IMG/VR virus record: IMGVR_UViG_3300025313_000008
Location: 24,378 to 88,377 of that record
DNA: 64,000 nucleotides
Strand: one strand, 5' to 3'
Source: a virus
Shown: positions 55,837-64,000 of the stretch, in pieces
Layout: every line of letters begins with the position of its first letter
Position numbering within the stretch: position 1 is the stretch's first letter
Translations under genes and position numbers: made by a program
Notes under the pieces: generated by a model
Seen by the model: the letters and a program-made list of their open reading frames with translations, nothing else
Databases searched by the model: none
What the model was told of the DNA's origin: nothing

Positions 55837-56175
55837 TTATGTAGCTTCTACTACAACAAACCAACCGGGTGTTCCTATCACAACAACATCTACTGGTGTA
55901 TGAACGCCTTCTGTTATCATTGGAGGTGCATAAACTCCGGGTCCGTCAACTATTGTTACAGTTACTTTTGCTGGAACCCTTCCTAATCCGTGTGGAATTA
56001 GTACTGGTGCTCCTGTCATTGGTATTGGTGGGCTTTTGAAAAATCCTAATTTAATTCCCCAAACTGCTCCGTTTGCAATATCGCTAGTTCCTACATCCAA
56101 ATCTTTTATATCTGGACTAGTAACAGTTGAATCGGGTAATCCGCCTTCACTCCATGGTTTTCCTCTTCCGGGCAT
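55837..56175 (-). CDS. Head-fibre-like protein with MPGRG N-terminus
   Basis: VTSPDIKDLDVGTSDIANGAV trimeric-type repeats and HGLGRVP motif. Confidence 0.65.
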   Translation of the reverse strand: MPGRGKPWSEGGLPDSTVTSPDIKDLDVGTSDIANGAVWGIKLGFFKSPPIPMTGAPVLIPHGLGRVPAKVTVTIVDGPGVYAPPMITEGVHTPVDVVVIGTPGWFVVVEAT

Positions 56176-56209
56176 AAGATAAATTAGTAATTTTTACTTA
56201 TAAACATAT

Positions 56210-56701
56210 TTACTCAGTAATGTCAACTATTCGTTCCTGTTCTAACTGATCGTTTGCATCATTTCCATGTGCTTCTACCTTTACAAGATATTTTCCTGCT
56301 AATAACCCATTAATAGTTCTTTGTTGGAGTGGAACTGGATCATAGAAATCATATGATACTTCGTCCTTGTTCTTTTCTGTTTTATCGTGAATTACATTTG
56401 TATTTCCCGAAATCTCTTCTATTATTGCTCCTTGGTAAACTTTTAGGTTAACACTATCAAATCTTTTCCCCAATCTAACTATAAATTTTTGACCTAATTT
56501 TCCACTTTCAGGGATTTGTGCAACTAACTGTTTAATCTTGGGTAACTCTCTTGGCTTTTGTTCAACATTATCTGTTAGTTCTTCTATAAGTTTTCGCTTT
56601 CTTTCAGCATCTGGATTAGATTCTTTAGCTTTGTCATCTCGCGTAATTTCTACCCCGATTTTTGTTGACTCAAAACGAGTATCTTTTTCACTTTCAGACA
56701 T
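56210..56701 (-). CDS. Hypothetical protein with C-terminal Ig-like segment
   Basis: Own TATA box; GKYLVKVEAH beta pattern. Confidence 0.55.
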   Translation of the reverse strand: MSESEKDTRFESTKIGVEITRDDKAKESNPDAERKRKLIEELTDNVEQKPRELPKIKQLVAQIPESGKLGQKFIVRLGKRFDSVNLKVYQGAIIEEISGNTNVIHDKTEKNKDEVSYDFYDPVPLQQRTINGLLAGKYLVKVEAHGNDANDQLEQERIVDITE

Positions 56702-56750
56702 AAAAAGAAATAGAAATCATAGTTTATAACCTTTTGGTGTTATTCTATGA

Positions 56751-57008
56751 TTAAGATACTTCGGGCTTTGGTGGTGCAGTCCTAAAGTAGAATTGCACTA
56801 CTAATACCACTATGATTGTCATAGTACCTATAACACTCGCCAGTTGCTCCATTGCTGAAATAACACCTATTACTGGATCTGATCCTTCTGCAGTTGCAGT
56901 TGTGATTCCATAAAATAGAGTGAAACCCCATATTAGACAATAGGTTCCTATGATAAGGAAGGCTAGAATGTTGTTTATAGTTATTCTGTCTATTACAGCG
57001 TTTGCCAT
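56751..57008 (-). CDS. Two-TM membrane protein (holin-like)
   Basis: Two hydrophobic helices; own TATA box. Confidence 0.55.
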   Translation of the reverse strand: MANAVIDRITINNILAFLIIGTYCLIWGFTLFYGITTATAEGSDPVIGVISAMEQLASVIGTMTIIVVLVVQFYFRTAPPKPEVS

Positions 57009-57041
57009 GTTATAATCAATTACTTAGTAGTATATATCCAT

Positions 57042-57323
57042 TTAGGCATCTTCTTCATAATCATCGCTAGTACTCAGTAACTCTCTAGCTATTTCTTCCA
57101 GTTCTGTTTGTAATTCTGGGTGTGTTTTTTTTGATATACTATCTAATATTTTAGCCATGATTACCACTGTTTTATTTAATCGCCAAACTGCCTTTCTTAA
57201 ATCCGAAACATCATCTAAATGTTTCTTTTGATCATCAAGTCGCGTTTTTATTTTCCATCCTATTGCACCAAATACGGCAGTTAAAACTGCACCGAATATA
57301 GTTAGAAAGACTTGATTCTCCAT
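57042..57323 (-). CDS. Single-TM coiled-coil membrane protein
   Basis: N-terminal TM followed by a coiled coil; own TATA box. Confidence 0.55.
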   Translation of the reverse strand: MENQVFLTIFGAVLTAVFGAIGWKIKTRLDDQKKHLDDVSDLRKAVWRLNKTVVIMAKILDSISKKTHPELQTELEEIARELLSTSDDYEEDA

Positions 57324-57347
57324 ATTGAACTATTGTTTGATTTGAAT

Positions 57348-57554
57348 TTAAACATATTTTTCTTTTCTTTTATAACCGCATTTATAGCATCTATCATCAT
57401 CAAAAATATGCTTGCATTTTGCCATCTTTTTTAAATATTGTGTTGTCTGTTTTCCACATTTTGTACAGAAATATAATCTTGTATGCCCTGCTTCTCCAAC
57501 CTTTGTTAATCCGTAATTATTACAATATTTACACTTTTTTAAAGTGTTTGCCAT
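57348..57554 (-). CDS. Small multi-CxxC protein
   Basis: CKYC, CTKC, CKH..CYKC. Confidence 0.6.
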   Translation of the reverse strand: MANTLKKCKYCNNYGLTKVGEAGHTRLYFCTKCGKQTTQYLKKMAKCKHIFDDDRCYKCGYKRKEKYV

Positions 57555-57645
57555 AAACCAGTTTAGTAATTATAGTTATTAAATATACTTTTTGCATTTA
57601 CAACCAAAAAAATAGCATCTTCCTACGTGTATGTTATTTTCGTGA

Positions 57646-57903
57646 TTACAGTTCTTGCACTTTATCTACTTTCACCTTATAAATAATTGATACCCTAATA
57701 TAACCATCGCCTTGATCTATAGTGATTTTATCTTCATCTTTTACGTCTATTGTTTTAAGAAATTCATTAACAGGTTCATCTATTTGTTTGGGATCTTTCG
57801 TTTTTGTCACCGTATCAAATATGAATGTTTTAATCTGGAATTTAGTAGATTTACTCTTCCTCATCGAAGTCTTCTTCTTCCTCTTTATATTCTTCTTTTT
57901 CAT
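57646..57903 (-). CDS. Hypothetical protein (sporulation Cse60-like alpha/beta pattern)
   Basis: QIKTF....IDEPVNEFL..I...I.I...VSIIY; the family call is weak. Confidence 0.4.
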   Translation of the reverse strand: MKKKNIKRKKKTSMRKSKSTKFQIKTFIFDTVTKTKDPKQIDEPVNEFLKTIDVKDEDKITIDQGDGYIRVSIIYKVKVDKVQEL

Positions 57904-58018
57904 ACTCTGGGTTCCCCTTTGGATTCACTTTTTCCATTTCTTCTTCGAAAACTAGACTCATACAATAGATTAGGTTGACTCAGAATAAAAACATTATCTA
58001 GGTTTAAAATGGGATAAT

Positions 58019-58375
58019 TCATGCTTTTTTGGTAGTTTTCTTTTTTGATTCGTCTTTATTAACCAAAAAATGTAGTGCTGTTTTTCTACGTATCGAATCA
58101 TAACTTTTTATGAATTCATATTGCCTATCAACTAATCCCATTTCTCTTAATACATCTAATCTGTTTCGTGCAATTCTAATTTTTATACCCAATTTTTTTG
58201 CTACTAACGCATATGTAACAAATTTTCTTGATTTCATAAAATCTAAAATTTCTACTAATTCATCACTTACTGTACCATTAAATAAAAGCAATGGTTCTTG
58301 TTCTGCCTCTATTTCTTTTAAATCTTCTGCCGTAATTACTATTTCCTTCAAACGTTTATCACTGGTTTTTCCCAT
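58019..58375 (-). CDS. Winged-helix DNA-binding protein (candidate transcription regulator)
   Basis: ILDFMK....VTYALVAKKLGI...IARNRLDVLREMGLV.R. Confidence 0.75.
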   Translation of the reverse strand: MGKTSDKRLKEIVITAEDLKEIEAEQEPLLLFNGTVSDELVEILDFMKSRKFVTYALVAKKLGIKIRIARNRLDVLREMGLVDRQYEFIKSYDSIRRKTALHFLVNKDESKKKTTKKA

Positions 58376-59259
58376 TTTATTGGTGCCAAATGTGGTTCAA
58401 CTATAATCTTGCCGTTAGATTCAACAATGACTTCAATGTTACCAACTGTAGGCATTTCTGGTTCGCCTTGTTTGTATAAGAATCCATCTGGAAACTTCCA
58501 TGCTGGCGTTGATAGTCCTATTGTATTTGGAAATCTTACCTCAACATAATAGTGAACATGGCTTCTGACCAATAAATCTGTATGAAATCCATTCTCTCTA
58601 TGTTGAAAATGCATCTTTACTAATTCTCTTGCTATTGGTGTTGGTCTATACATCCACCATCCAGAATATCCTACGTGATGAGTAAAGTGTATATGTTTAT
58701 CAAAAACTTTGAATGTAGCCTCAAAATCAGCCATTGTTTCATTTCCTATTACACTTGTATAAGACTCTGCTCCTATTTTCTTTCCAAATATTTTCTCAAA
58801 GTTTGTTGCTTCTCTTGTTGAATGATATGGTGATCCACTGGTTAAATATATCTTTTCGTGTGGTATCATCTTGATTAATTTTTCGACGTCTGTCATTTGA
58901 TCTAGATAATTTGTAGACCAAACTGAATCTCCTAAACTTCGTGGATTACTTCCATCAACTGGTTCTCCGTTTATTACTAATATTTTTGGTTTTGTTATTA
59001 ATGCATCTATTGATTCCTGCCATGATGCTAATAACTTTCTTTGCATTCTTGATGGTCTATAACTACCACCATTATCTAGCGTTGGTTCTTCAGAACACAC
59101 TGCGTATTTCGAACCATCATGTATGTCACTGAATATTGCAAGAGATTTTGATGAAGTTGAACGACCTGATTTTAATTCGATATTTTGTTGTGTCAGTCTT
59201 TCTATTCTCGCTAATTGTTTTGTGTTTAAATCCTTTAACTGTTCTATTGTTTGCCCCAT
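58348..59259 (-). CDS. Calcineurin-like metallophosphoesterase with N-terminal coiled coil
   Basis: FSDIHDG, NGEPVDG, GSPYH, FTHH and RSHVH. Start placed at ATG 59259, 25 nt below TATA; the track start abuts the TATA box. Confidence 0.75.
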   Translation of the reverse strand: MGQTIEQLKDLNTKQLARIERLTQQNIELKSGRSTSSKSLAIFSDIHDGSKYAVCSEEPTLDNGGSYRPSRMQRKLLASWQESIDALITKPKILVINGEPVDGSNPRSLGDSVWSTNYLDQMTDVEKLIKMIPHEKIYLTSGSPYHSTREATNFEKIFGKKIGAESYTSVIGNETMADFEATFKVFDKHIHFTHHVGYSGWWMYRPTPIARELVKMHFQHRENGFHTDLLVRSHVHYYVEVRFPNTIGLSTPAWKFPDGFLYKQGEPEMPTVGNIEVIVESNGKIIVEPHLAPIKWEKPVINV

Positions 59260-59283
59260 TCGCAATCTCTGTATTACCTCCAT

Positions 59284-59299
59284 TATATAAACGCTTTGT
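59284..59299 (-). promoter_or_regulatory. Promoter ACAAAGCGTTTATATA
   Basis: Same class as the mcm promoter. Confidence 0.6.
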
Positions 59300-59700
59300 T
59301 AGATCAATGGCAATAGATAAGTTTCTTTTTTTAGTATCTTAGCTTGCTTGAGTGTCCAACATGCTCCGCTTCTCTCATGATCTGTTGTGTTACAATGATA
59401 ACATGGTTCCGTTTTTAGTTTTGTTGGAAGACAATAAAGTATATCACATTCTTGTGCAATCCTTAAGTTTCTTACCTTGTATCCATCCCAATTCTGTTCT
59501 GCTGGTTTAAATATCTTACATTCTATACCTAATTGTTTTGCTACGTCTTCCGCCTGTGTATCTACACCTTTCGCTCCACCCGATATTAAAGTAACAGTGC
59601 CTTGTTTTAAGTAGTTCTTTAATATTGTAGAACTAACTTGACGTGCTGTCCGTTCTTCTCCTTCTGATAAATGACTTGATCCTACTATTGCTATTTTCAT
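59299..59700 (-). CDS. SLOG-superfamily (YspA/DUF2493-like) protein
   Basis: IAIVGS, LISGGAKGVDT.AE..A and RN.RIAQ.CD. Confidence 0.8.
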   Translation of the reverse strand: MKIAIVGSSHLSEGEERTARQVSSTILKNYLKQGTVTLISGGAKGVDTQAEDVAKQLGIECKIFKPAEQNWDGYKVRNLRIAQECDILYCLPTKLKTEPCYHCNTTDHERSGACWTLKQAKILKKETYLLPLI

Positions 59701-60074
59701 ATCTTTAAAAACGGTAAAACTGATTGTGGTATTGTGGGTATTTTAATACGACTGTGACTATCACCTTTAATTTCTCTAAGCACATCCCAATGTGAATGCC
59801 AATCACATTTACATTTCATATGTAAAATCTCATGCCATAATACTCCCCCGCCATTCATTAAATGATCCCATTTTCCTATACGATCCTTATAACCATGAGA
59901 TAATTGTATTATATTAGTATCCTCAAATATCCCGTTTTTATAAATAGCCCTTCCTAACGCTCTTTCTGCATTGGGGATTTTACCATCATATATTACAATA
60001 TCCCATTCTTGTGAACAATCATAATAAGGCGATGCAAATGTAAGAGCACATATTGTTATTAGTGTTTCAATCAT
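59697..60074 (-). CDS. Secreted or membrane-anchored HExxH metallopeptidase-like protein
   Basis: Hydrophobic N-terminus and LWHEILHMKC. Confidence 0.55.
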   Translation of the reverse strand: MIETLITICALTFASPYYDCSQEWDIVIYDGKIPNAERALGRAIYKNGIFEDTNIIQLSHGYKDRIGKWDHLMNGGGVLWHEILHMKCKCDWHSHWDVLREIKGDSHSRIKIPTIPQSVLPFLKI

Positions 60075-60241
60075 ATCTGACTTGCTCTTCCTTCAAATTC
60101 TGCATTACATTCTCTATGAGCAATGGATTTCATATCACCGTATGGAAATGGAATAACCCAATTTTCGGTTTTAAATACAAGTTTTCTACAATGACAACAT
60201 TTTCCTATGCTATCATCAAACTCTCTTAATCCTTCAGTCAT
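60071..60241 (-). CDS. 56-aa zinc-finger microprotein (not in track)
   Basis: CCHC...AHREC; ATGA coupling. Confidence 0.5.
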   Translation of the reverse strand: MTEGLREFDDSIGKCCHCRKLVFKTENWVIPFPYGDMKSIAHRECNAEFEGRASQI

Positions 60242-60455
60242 GTCCTAATCAATAATACGTGTCTTCTTGTATTTTCTCTAAATCAACAACTTTGGTTTCC
60301 CTGTTTTCTCTTGCCATTACTTTTTCCTTTGTTTCACTTGCTTCTTCAAGACTTTCAAACGCCTCTTCTTCCTGCCAATCTCCGTTTTTGTTAATGAATC
60401 TAACTGAATATCTGTATCTCATTTTCTCACCATAAAAAAAAGAAACACTGGGTTT

Positions 60456-60719
60456 CTACCCAGTCACCTCTGTAGCACTCGCGATTTTTAAAGAGTCGGC
60501 TACCTCAGAAGCTAATGCGACTGGGATAACTGTGCCTTTTTTGCTGTACTTTTCTCCAGCCTTGGTTTTACCTTGCTCGTTTAGGAAGAACTTTTTCTTT
60601 CCACTATCGTTGTCGGTAATAAGACTGAATACAAGATACTTATCTTGGGCTTCAGAACTTTTCCACTTTTTAATTTCCTTAAAGGTGGAATTGTATTTTG
60701 GCTTTTCTTGGTCTGCCAT
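60456..60719 (-). CDS. PC4-like ssDNA-binding protein (tentative)
   Basis: Beta-beta-beta-helix pattern FFLNEQG.....YSKKG.VIP..LA.EVAD.L; own promoter and terminator. Confidence 0.5.
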   Translation of the reverse strand: MADQEKPKYNSTFKEIKKWKSSEAQDKYLVFSLITDNDSGKKKFFLNEQGKTKAGEKYSKKGTVIPVALASEVADSLKIASATEVTG

Positions 60720-60759
60720 TAATAATGTATTAACACGAAGGGGTATATTAATTTATCGT

Positions 60760-60855
60760 TTAATTGAACTTACTACAAAATTTACACGTACCACTTTCTT
60801 TCTTGGTTAGTGGAACCCCACAGAATATACATTTTTTTGGTAGTCGTTCAGCCAT
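60760..60855 (-). CDS. 31-aa zinc-ribbon microprotein (not in track)
   Basis: MAERLPKKCIFCGVPLTKKESGTCKFCSKFN*. Confidence 0.55.
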   Translation of the reverse strand: MAERLPKKCIFCGVPLTKKESGTCKFCSKFN

Positions 60856-61197
60856 AGGTTGTTCCTCTTTCAGTTAATGTAAGTAATTTTTTGGAATATT
60901 TTTCAAATTCTTTTTGATTCTTCTTTAGTCTTTCTCTCAAAAATATTTCCTCGAATTTAATCTGAAGTAATTTTACTTCTAGATCCTCATGAGGATCCTT
61001 TATTCGCCCTGTTCTATTAACCATGCCTCTAAAGTGTCTCGTAATTGTATATCATCTTCTTTACAATATTCATTATTCTTATAGTCTGGAAAAGCATAAT
61101 GGAACCAATTATACATAGTCTTGGCACTTTCGACAGTTAGATTCATATCAAATAACATAGCGATTACCTTAAATATAACCTTTATAACAGTTTCGGC

Positions 61198-61566
61198 TCA
61201 TTTTTTTACCTTTTTAGCGTAATTACGTTCCTTCAATGTTTCGTGAAGATAGCCCATTGTATTAAACAAAATAGCACAAACCGATTCTTCCAATTCTTCT
61301 CTACCTTCAAATCCCCTATGTTCAAGCCACATATCCTCAGTGTGCCGTAATAAACTTTTCATATATTGATCTTTTGGTATTCCTTTTTGCCAATTATCAG
61401 AATCTCTTAGAGTTCCATCAGATTGTACTCTATGTTTTGACATATACTCCCCATATCTTTTCAATACTATTGGTGATATAAATCCTTCATAATCTAGTTT
61501 TCCAGCGTCTGTATCTCTGGTTGCACCAGTTTCAAATTTTCTTACTTTGCCTCTCTTCCTTCCCAT
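61198..61566 (-). CDS. dATP/dGTP diphosphohydrolase-domain protein (DUF5664-like)
   Basis: FETGATRD...GKLDY, NWQKGIP....SLLRH and AILFN.MG. Confidence 0.8.
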   Translation of the reverse strand: MGRKRGKVRKFETGATRDTDAGKLDYEGFISPIVLKRYGEYMSKHRVQSDGTLRDSDNWQKGIPKDQYMKSLLRHTEDMWLEHRGFEGREELEESVCAILFNTMGYLHETLKERNYAKKVKK

Positions 61567-61594
61567 CGCATGTTAATTCGTATTGTCCCATATA

Positions 61595-61792
61595 TTAACC
61601 ATTGCCTTTTTCTTTTTTCAGTCTTTCATCGTATTCTTCTCTAGTCAACCAGCCGGGAATTTTTTCTTTAATCATAGAAGCTATTCTTTTAGGATATTTC
61701 TTTTTACATCTATCACAAAATGAGTGTCCACAAAGTGAACAATATGTTGTATCTATTGAATCACAATAAAGGCATTTATCCACGTTCATCAA
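61595..61792 (-). CDS. B-box/RING-like zinc-finger microprotein
   Basis: CLYC.....CSLCGHSFCDRC. Confidence 0.6.
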   Translation of the reverse strand: MMNVDKCLYCDSIDTTYCSLCGHSFCDRCKKKYPKRIASMIKEKIPGWLTREEYDERLKKEKGNG

Positions 61793-62152
61793 CTTCTTCT
61801 TTTGATAATGTTTTAATCAGTTGAAATGGAGTTATTATCTTATCTGTTACTTCATATTCTATGCCTTCCCCATCATCTATTCTTATTATAAACCGTTCTC
61901 CTTTATCTAATATCTTCATAACATAAAATGGACATCTAACAATATAAACATTATAGGAACCTGTAATTATTGTTTAATTCCTAGTCTTCTTCCTGTGTAT
62001 CTGGAATGTTTTTCTCATAAAGTGCATCCCTTGGACACAGAGTAATGTATTTGCCGATCATTTGCTCGTCATCTATGCTATCGAGTAAAGCTCCGCACTT
62101 CATACAATGCATGTATACCGATTATAGTTACTACCTTGTAGTATATAACTAT

Positions 62153-62377
62153 TTAAGTGTTTTTAGGTATTATTTCCTTATTTTTTAGATATTCTCGCCA
62201 TAATTTAGATATTTCTTTATTGAACCATGCTGTTGACAGTACTTCATCTATATCTTTCCACATTACTTCCAATTCAACTTGTACTTTCTCTATCTGATCA
62301 TTAGTTCCATGCTTTGCTAAGTAAACTAATCCAGAGATTATATTTTCCATTATATCATTTAGATTTTTTTGGCTCAT
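62153..62377 (-). CDS. Hypothetical protein
   Basis: Packed minus-strand ORF. Confidence 0.5.
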   Translation of the reverse strand: MSQKNLNDIMENIISGLVYLAKHGTNDQIEKVQVELEVMWKDIDEVLSTAWFNKEISKLWREYLKNKEIIPKNT

Positions 62378-62633
62378 CTTTTATTGCCTCCATTATCTTA
62401 TCCCAACATGCGTCATCTGTTGCTATAAAAAGTGGTTGTTCATCTCCATCAAATGTAATTAGAATTCCTTTCTTAACATTTTTTATGTGTTTCTCCTTCC
62501 ATTTTTTCTCTACTTCTTTTTCTATAGTGTATGTTCCTGTAATCGCTGGATATACATCTGGATAAATCCATGGTTGTGGTGTATAAGGTGGGTATGTTGG
62601 AAGTTGTGGATACCAAGGTTCTACTATTACCAT
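62355..62633 (-). CDS. Hypothetical protein with Pro/Tyr-rich N-terminus
   Basis: PWYPQLPTYPPYTPQPW. Confidence 0.5.
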   Translation of the reverse strand: MVIVEPWYPQLPTYPPYTPQPWIYPDVYPAITGTYTIEKEVEKKWKEKHIKNVKKGILITFDGDEQPLFIATDDACWDKIMEAIKDEPKKSK

Positions 62634-62762
62634 TTACTTTCGCCCCGTATCTCTAAGGTGTTCTAGAGTATAAAAATGTTTCTCACAATACCACTTTCCA
62701 TCTATATCATCGTATTTAGTTTTTCCTTGACATTGATTTGGATATTTTTCACACTGTGCCAT
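62634..62762 (-). CDS. 42-aa zinc-finger microprotein (not in track)
   Basis: QCEKYPNQC...WYCEKH. Confidence 0.5.
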   Translation of the reverse strand: MAQCEKYPNQCQGKTKYDDIDGKWYCEKHFYTLEHLRDTGRK

Positions 62763-62887
62763 TACTTTCCCTCTTTACACTTTCTATGTCTAAACATGTG
62801 ATTACCACAGAATGGTAGATTACATCCTTTGCATATATCCTTTATGGCGTAACTTCCACACATTGGGCATCGCATATCATAAGACAT
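62762..62887 (-). CDS. 41-aa AN1-like zinc-finger microprotein (not in track)
   Basis: CPMC......CKGCNLPFCGNHMFRHRKC. Confidence 0.55.
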   Translation of the reverse strand: MSYDMRCPMCGSYAIKDICKGCNLPFCGNHMFRHRKCKEGK

Positions 62888-62905
62888 TTCTACCTAATAA
62901 AACTA

Positions 62906-63349
62906 TTATTGTTTATATAACCTTTTACCACAAAATGGACAGAAATCTATCTTATAATAATCTCCATACGCACTAATAAAATACGCTCTTATCTCAGAAT
63001 TAGAAAACTCATCAAATGCCTGAATCGCTCTTACCCCCTTACATAAAGGGAATTTTGCACAGTTACACATTGATTTTGCCTTTACTTCCTTCTTTGTTTC
63101 ATTAACGGCTTCCTTCATTGGATTTGGCTTTTTTGTTGTAGTTATTTTAATTTTATCCTCTACGCCTTCAGTTGTCAATGGAACTTCGGTAACTTCAGCA
63201 AATTGAGATTCTGAACATGCATTACATAACAATTCAACTGTTTGTGTTTTATGATAAGGCACTAATCTTAATTCATCTTCACCAAATGTTTTTTCACAAA
63301 CTACACATTTTTCTTGGCTTTCGTTTCTTCCGGCTCCTATAAGTCCCAT
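62906..63349 (-). CDS. Double zinc-finger protein
   Basis: CVVC...CNAC and CNC...FCPFCGKRL. Confidence 0.6.
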   Translation of the reverse strand: MGLIGAGRNESQEKCVVCEKTFGEDELRLVPYHKTQTVELLCNACSESQFAEVTEVPLTTEGVEDKIKITTTKKPNPMKEAVNETKKEVKAKSMCNCAKFPLCKGVRAIQAFDEFSNSEIRAYFISAYGDYYKIDFCPFCGKRLYKQ

Positions 63350-63350
63350 A

Positions 63351-63557
63351 TCACTTCAGTTGATCCTCGTGGCATTTAACCTTTCCATAACAATCATCAC
63401 ATAAATAATCCCTAAACCTAGAAAAATTCTCACATTTATGATGTGGACATTCACATCTTACAATACCTCTAATAGGCTGTCTTCCTTTTTCTACGCCTTT
63501 TTTTGTATCTTTAGCTATGCTCTTTTTTGTAGTTTTTTTCTTTCCAAATCCAAACAT
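63351..63557 (-). CDS. Small Cys/His protein
   Basis: CECPHHKC....YLCDDC...CH. Confidence 0.55.
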   Translation of the reverse strand: MFGFGKKKTTKKSIAKDTKKGVEKGRQPIRGIVRCECPHHKCENFSRFRDYLCDDCYGKVKCHEDQLK

Positions 63558-63874
63558 TATGACTCCCTCCAGTTACTATCACATGTATCACATCGTCCCA
63601 TATAACCGTTGTACCTTGGTTCATACCACCTTATAGTTAAATCTCCACATAACAGACACATATCTTCTTTTAAAATCCGTGTCAATAAAGATATTTTTTC
63701 TTCCAATTCTTTTTTAGCATTTTCGTAATACATGTAAAACTCAGGTATTATTTTTAGTTGCTCTTTCAAATGAGTTTCTATTGCAGATATTAATTTTTCA
63801 TAGTTTATAATCTGTGCTTCTAATACTCCAATATATGTTAGATTTGTTTCTCCTTCAATCGGTTTTGGGTACAT
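63557..63874 (-). CDS. Coiled-coil plus zinc-ribbon protein
   Basis: CLLC...CDTC...W.ES. Confidence 0.55.
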   Translation of the reverse strand: MYPKPIEGETNLTYIGVLEAQIINYEKLISAIETHLKEQLKIIPEFYMYYENAKKELEEKISLLTRILKEDMCLLCGDLTIRWYEPRYNGYMGRCDTCDSNWRES

Positions 63875-64000
63875 TTGGTATATCCACCATATGCTTGCTC
63901 TCTATATATCCCTTGCCATCGCAATAACTGCAAGTTTCCCTATCAATACAAAACCCCTGTGTTACTGCTTCTTTTGGATGGGTTTTCTCATGTTCTAAAA

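Larger units (their letters stand above)
1..64000 (-). mobile_element. Segment of a head-tailed archaeal dsDNA virus genome, probable thaumarchaeal host
   Basis: Portal, prohead protease, HK97-like capsid, neck and tail genes occur with archaeal MCM and RadA and TATA-type promoters. Coding is almost entirely on one strand, with no cellular housekeeping operons, integrase or att site visible. Confidence 0.93.

Noticed and set aside
62124-62152. Imperfect hairpin TAGTTA-CTAC-ctt-GTAG-tata-TAACTA as a structured ncRNA
   Set aside because: Short, bulged and overlapping a TATA-like element; insufficient support.
1-64000. tRNA/rRNA genes, alternative genetic code, integrase or att sites
   Set aside because: No T-loop or cloverleaf signature noticed by eye, intergenic gaps are short, long ORFs read through under the standard code, and no recombinase motifs were seen. 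tRNAscan-SE would be needed to exclude tRNAs formally.

Overview
The window is a 64-kb, AT-rich segment of a head-tailed dsDNA archaeal virus (Caudoviricetes, HK97-type head). The host is most likely a thaumarchaeon (Nitrososphaerota): the virus carries archaeal RadA and MCM, a protein I recognise as thaumarchaeote-type, and TATA boxes about 22-25 nt upstream of apparently leaderless starts. All credible genes are on the minus strand except 33140..33526. In transcription order (right to left) the window holds: micro-zinc-finger and nucleotide-metabolism genes; small virion and membrane genes; two giant repeat fibres; portal, prohead protease and major capsid protein; a divergent DUF932 island; neck and tail genes; a recombination, NAD-salvage and replication block (RadA, NAMPT, MCM, Cas4-like nuclease, PIN, adenine MTase); and three giant acidic modular ORFs, one of them (<1..3532) missing from the ORF track. 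No terminase, DNA polymerase, integrase, tRNA, rRNA or CRISPR array was seen. The best candidate for an undescribed system is a protease-processed capsid payload. Portal, protease, capsid precursor and the three giant ORFs are punctuated by [A/S/G]-x-E motifs like those cut by phiKZ/SPN3US prohead proteases. These appear to delimit small effector cassettes (zinc fingers, KOW, LPD29-like, a recurring Trp helical module) and a catalytically intact RelA/SpoT-like alarmone synthetase fused to the portal, which is followed by a translationally coupled candidate antitoxin. All family calls are by motif recognition only; no database search was run.
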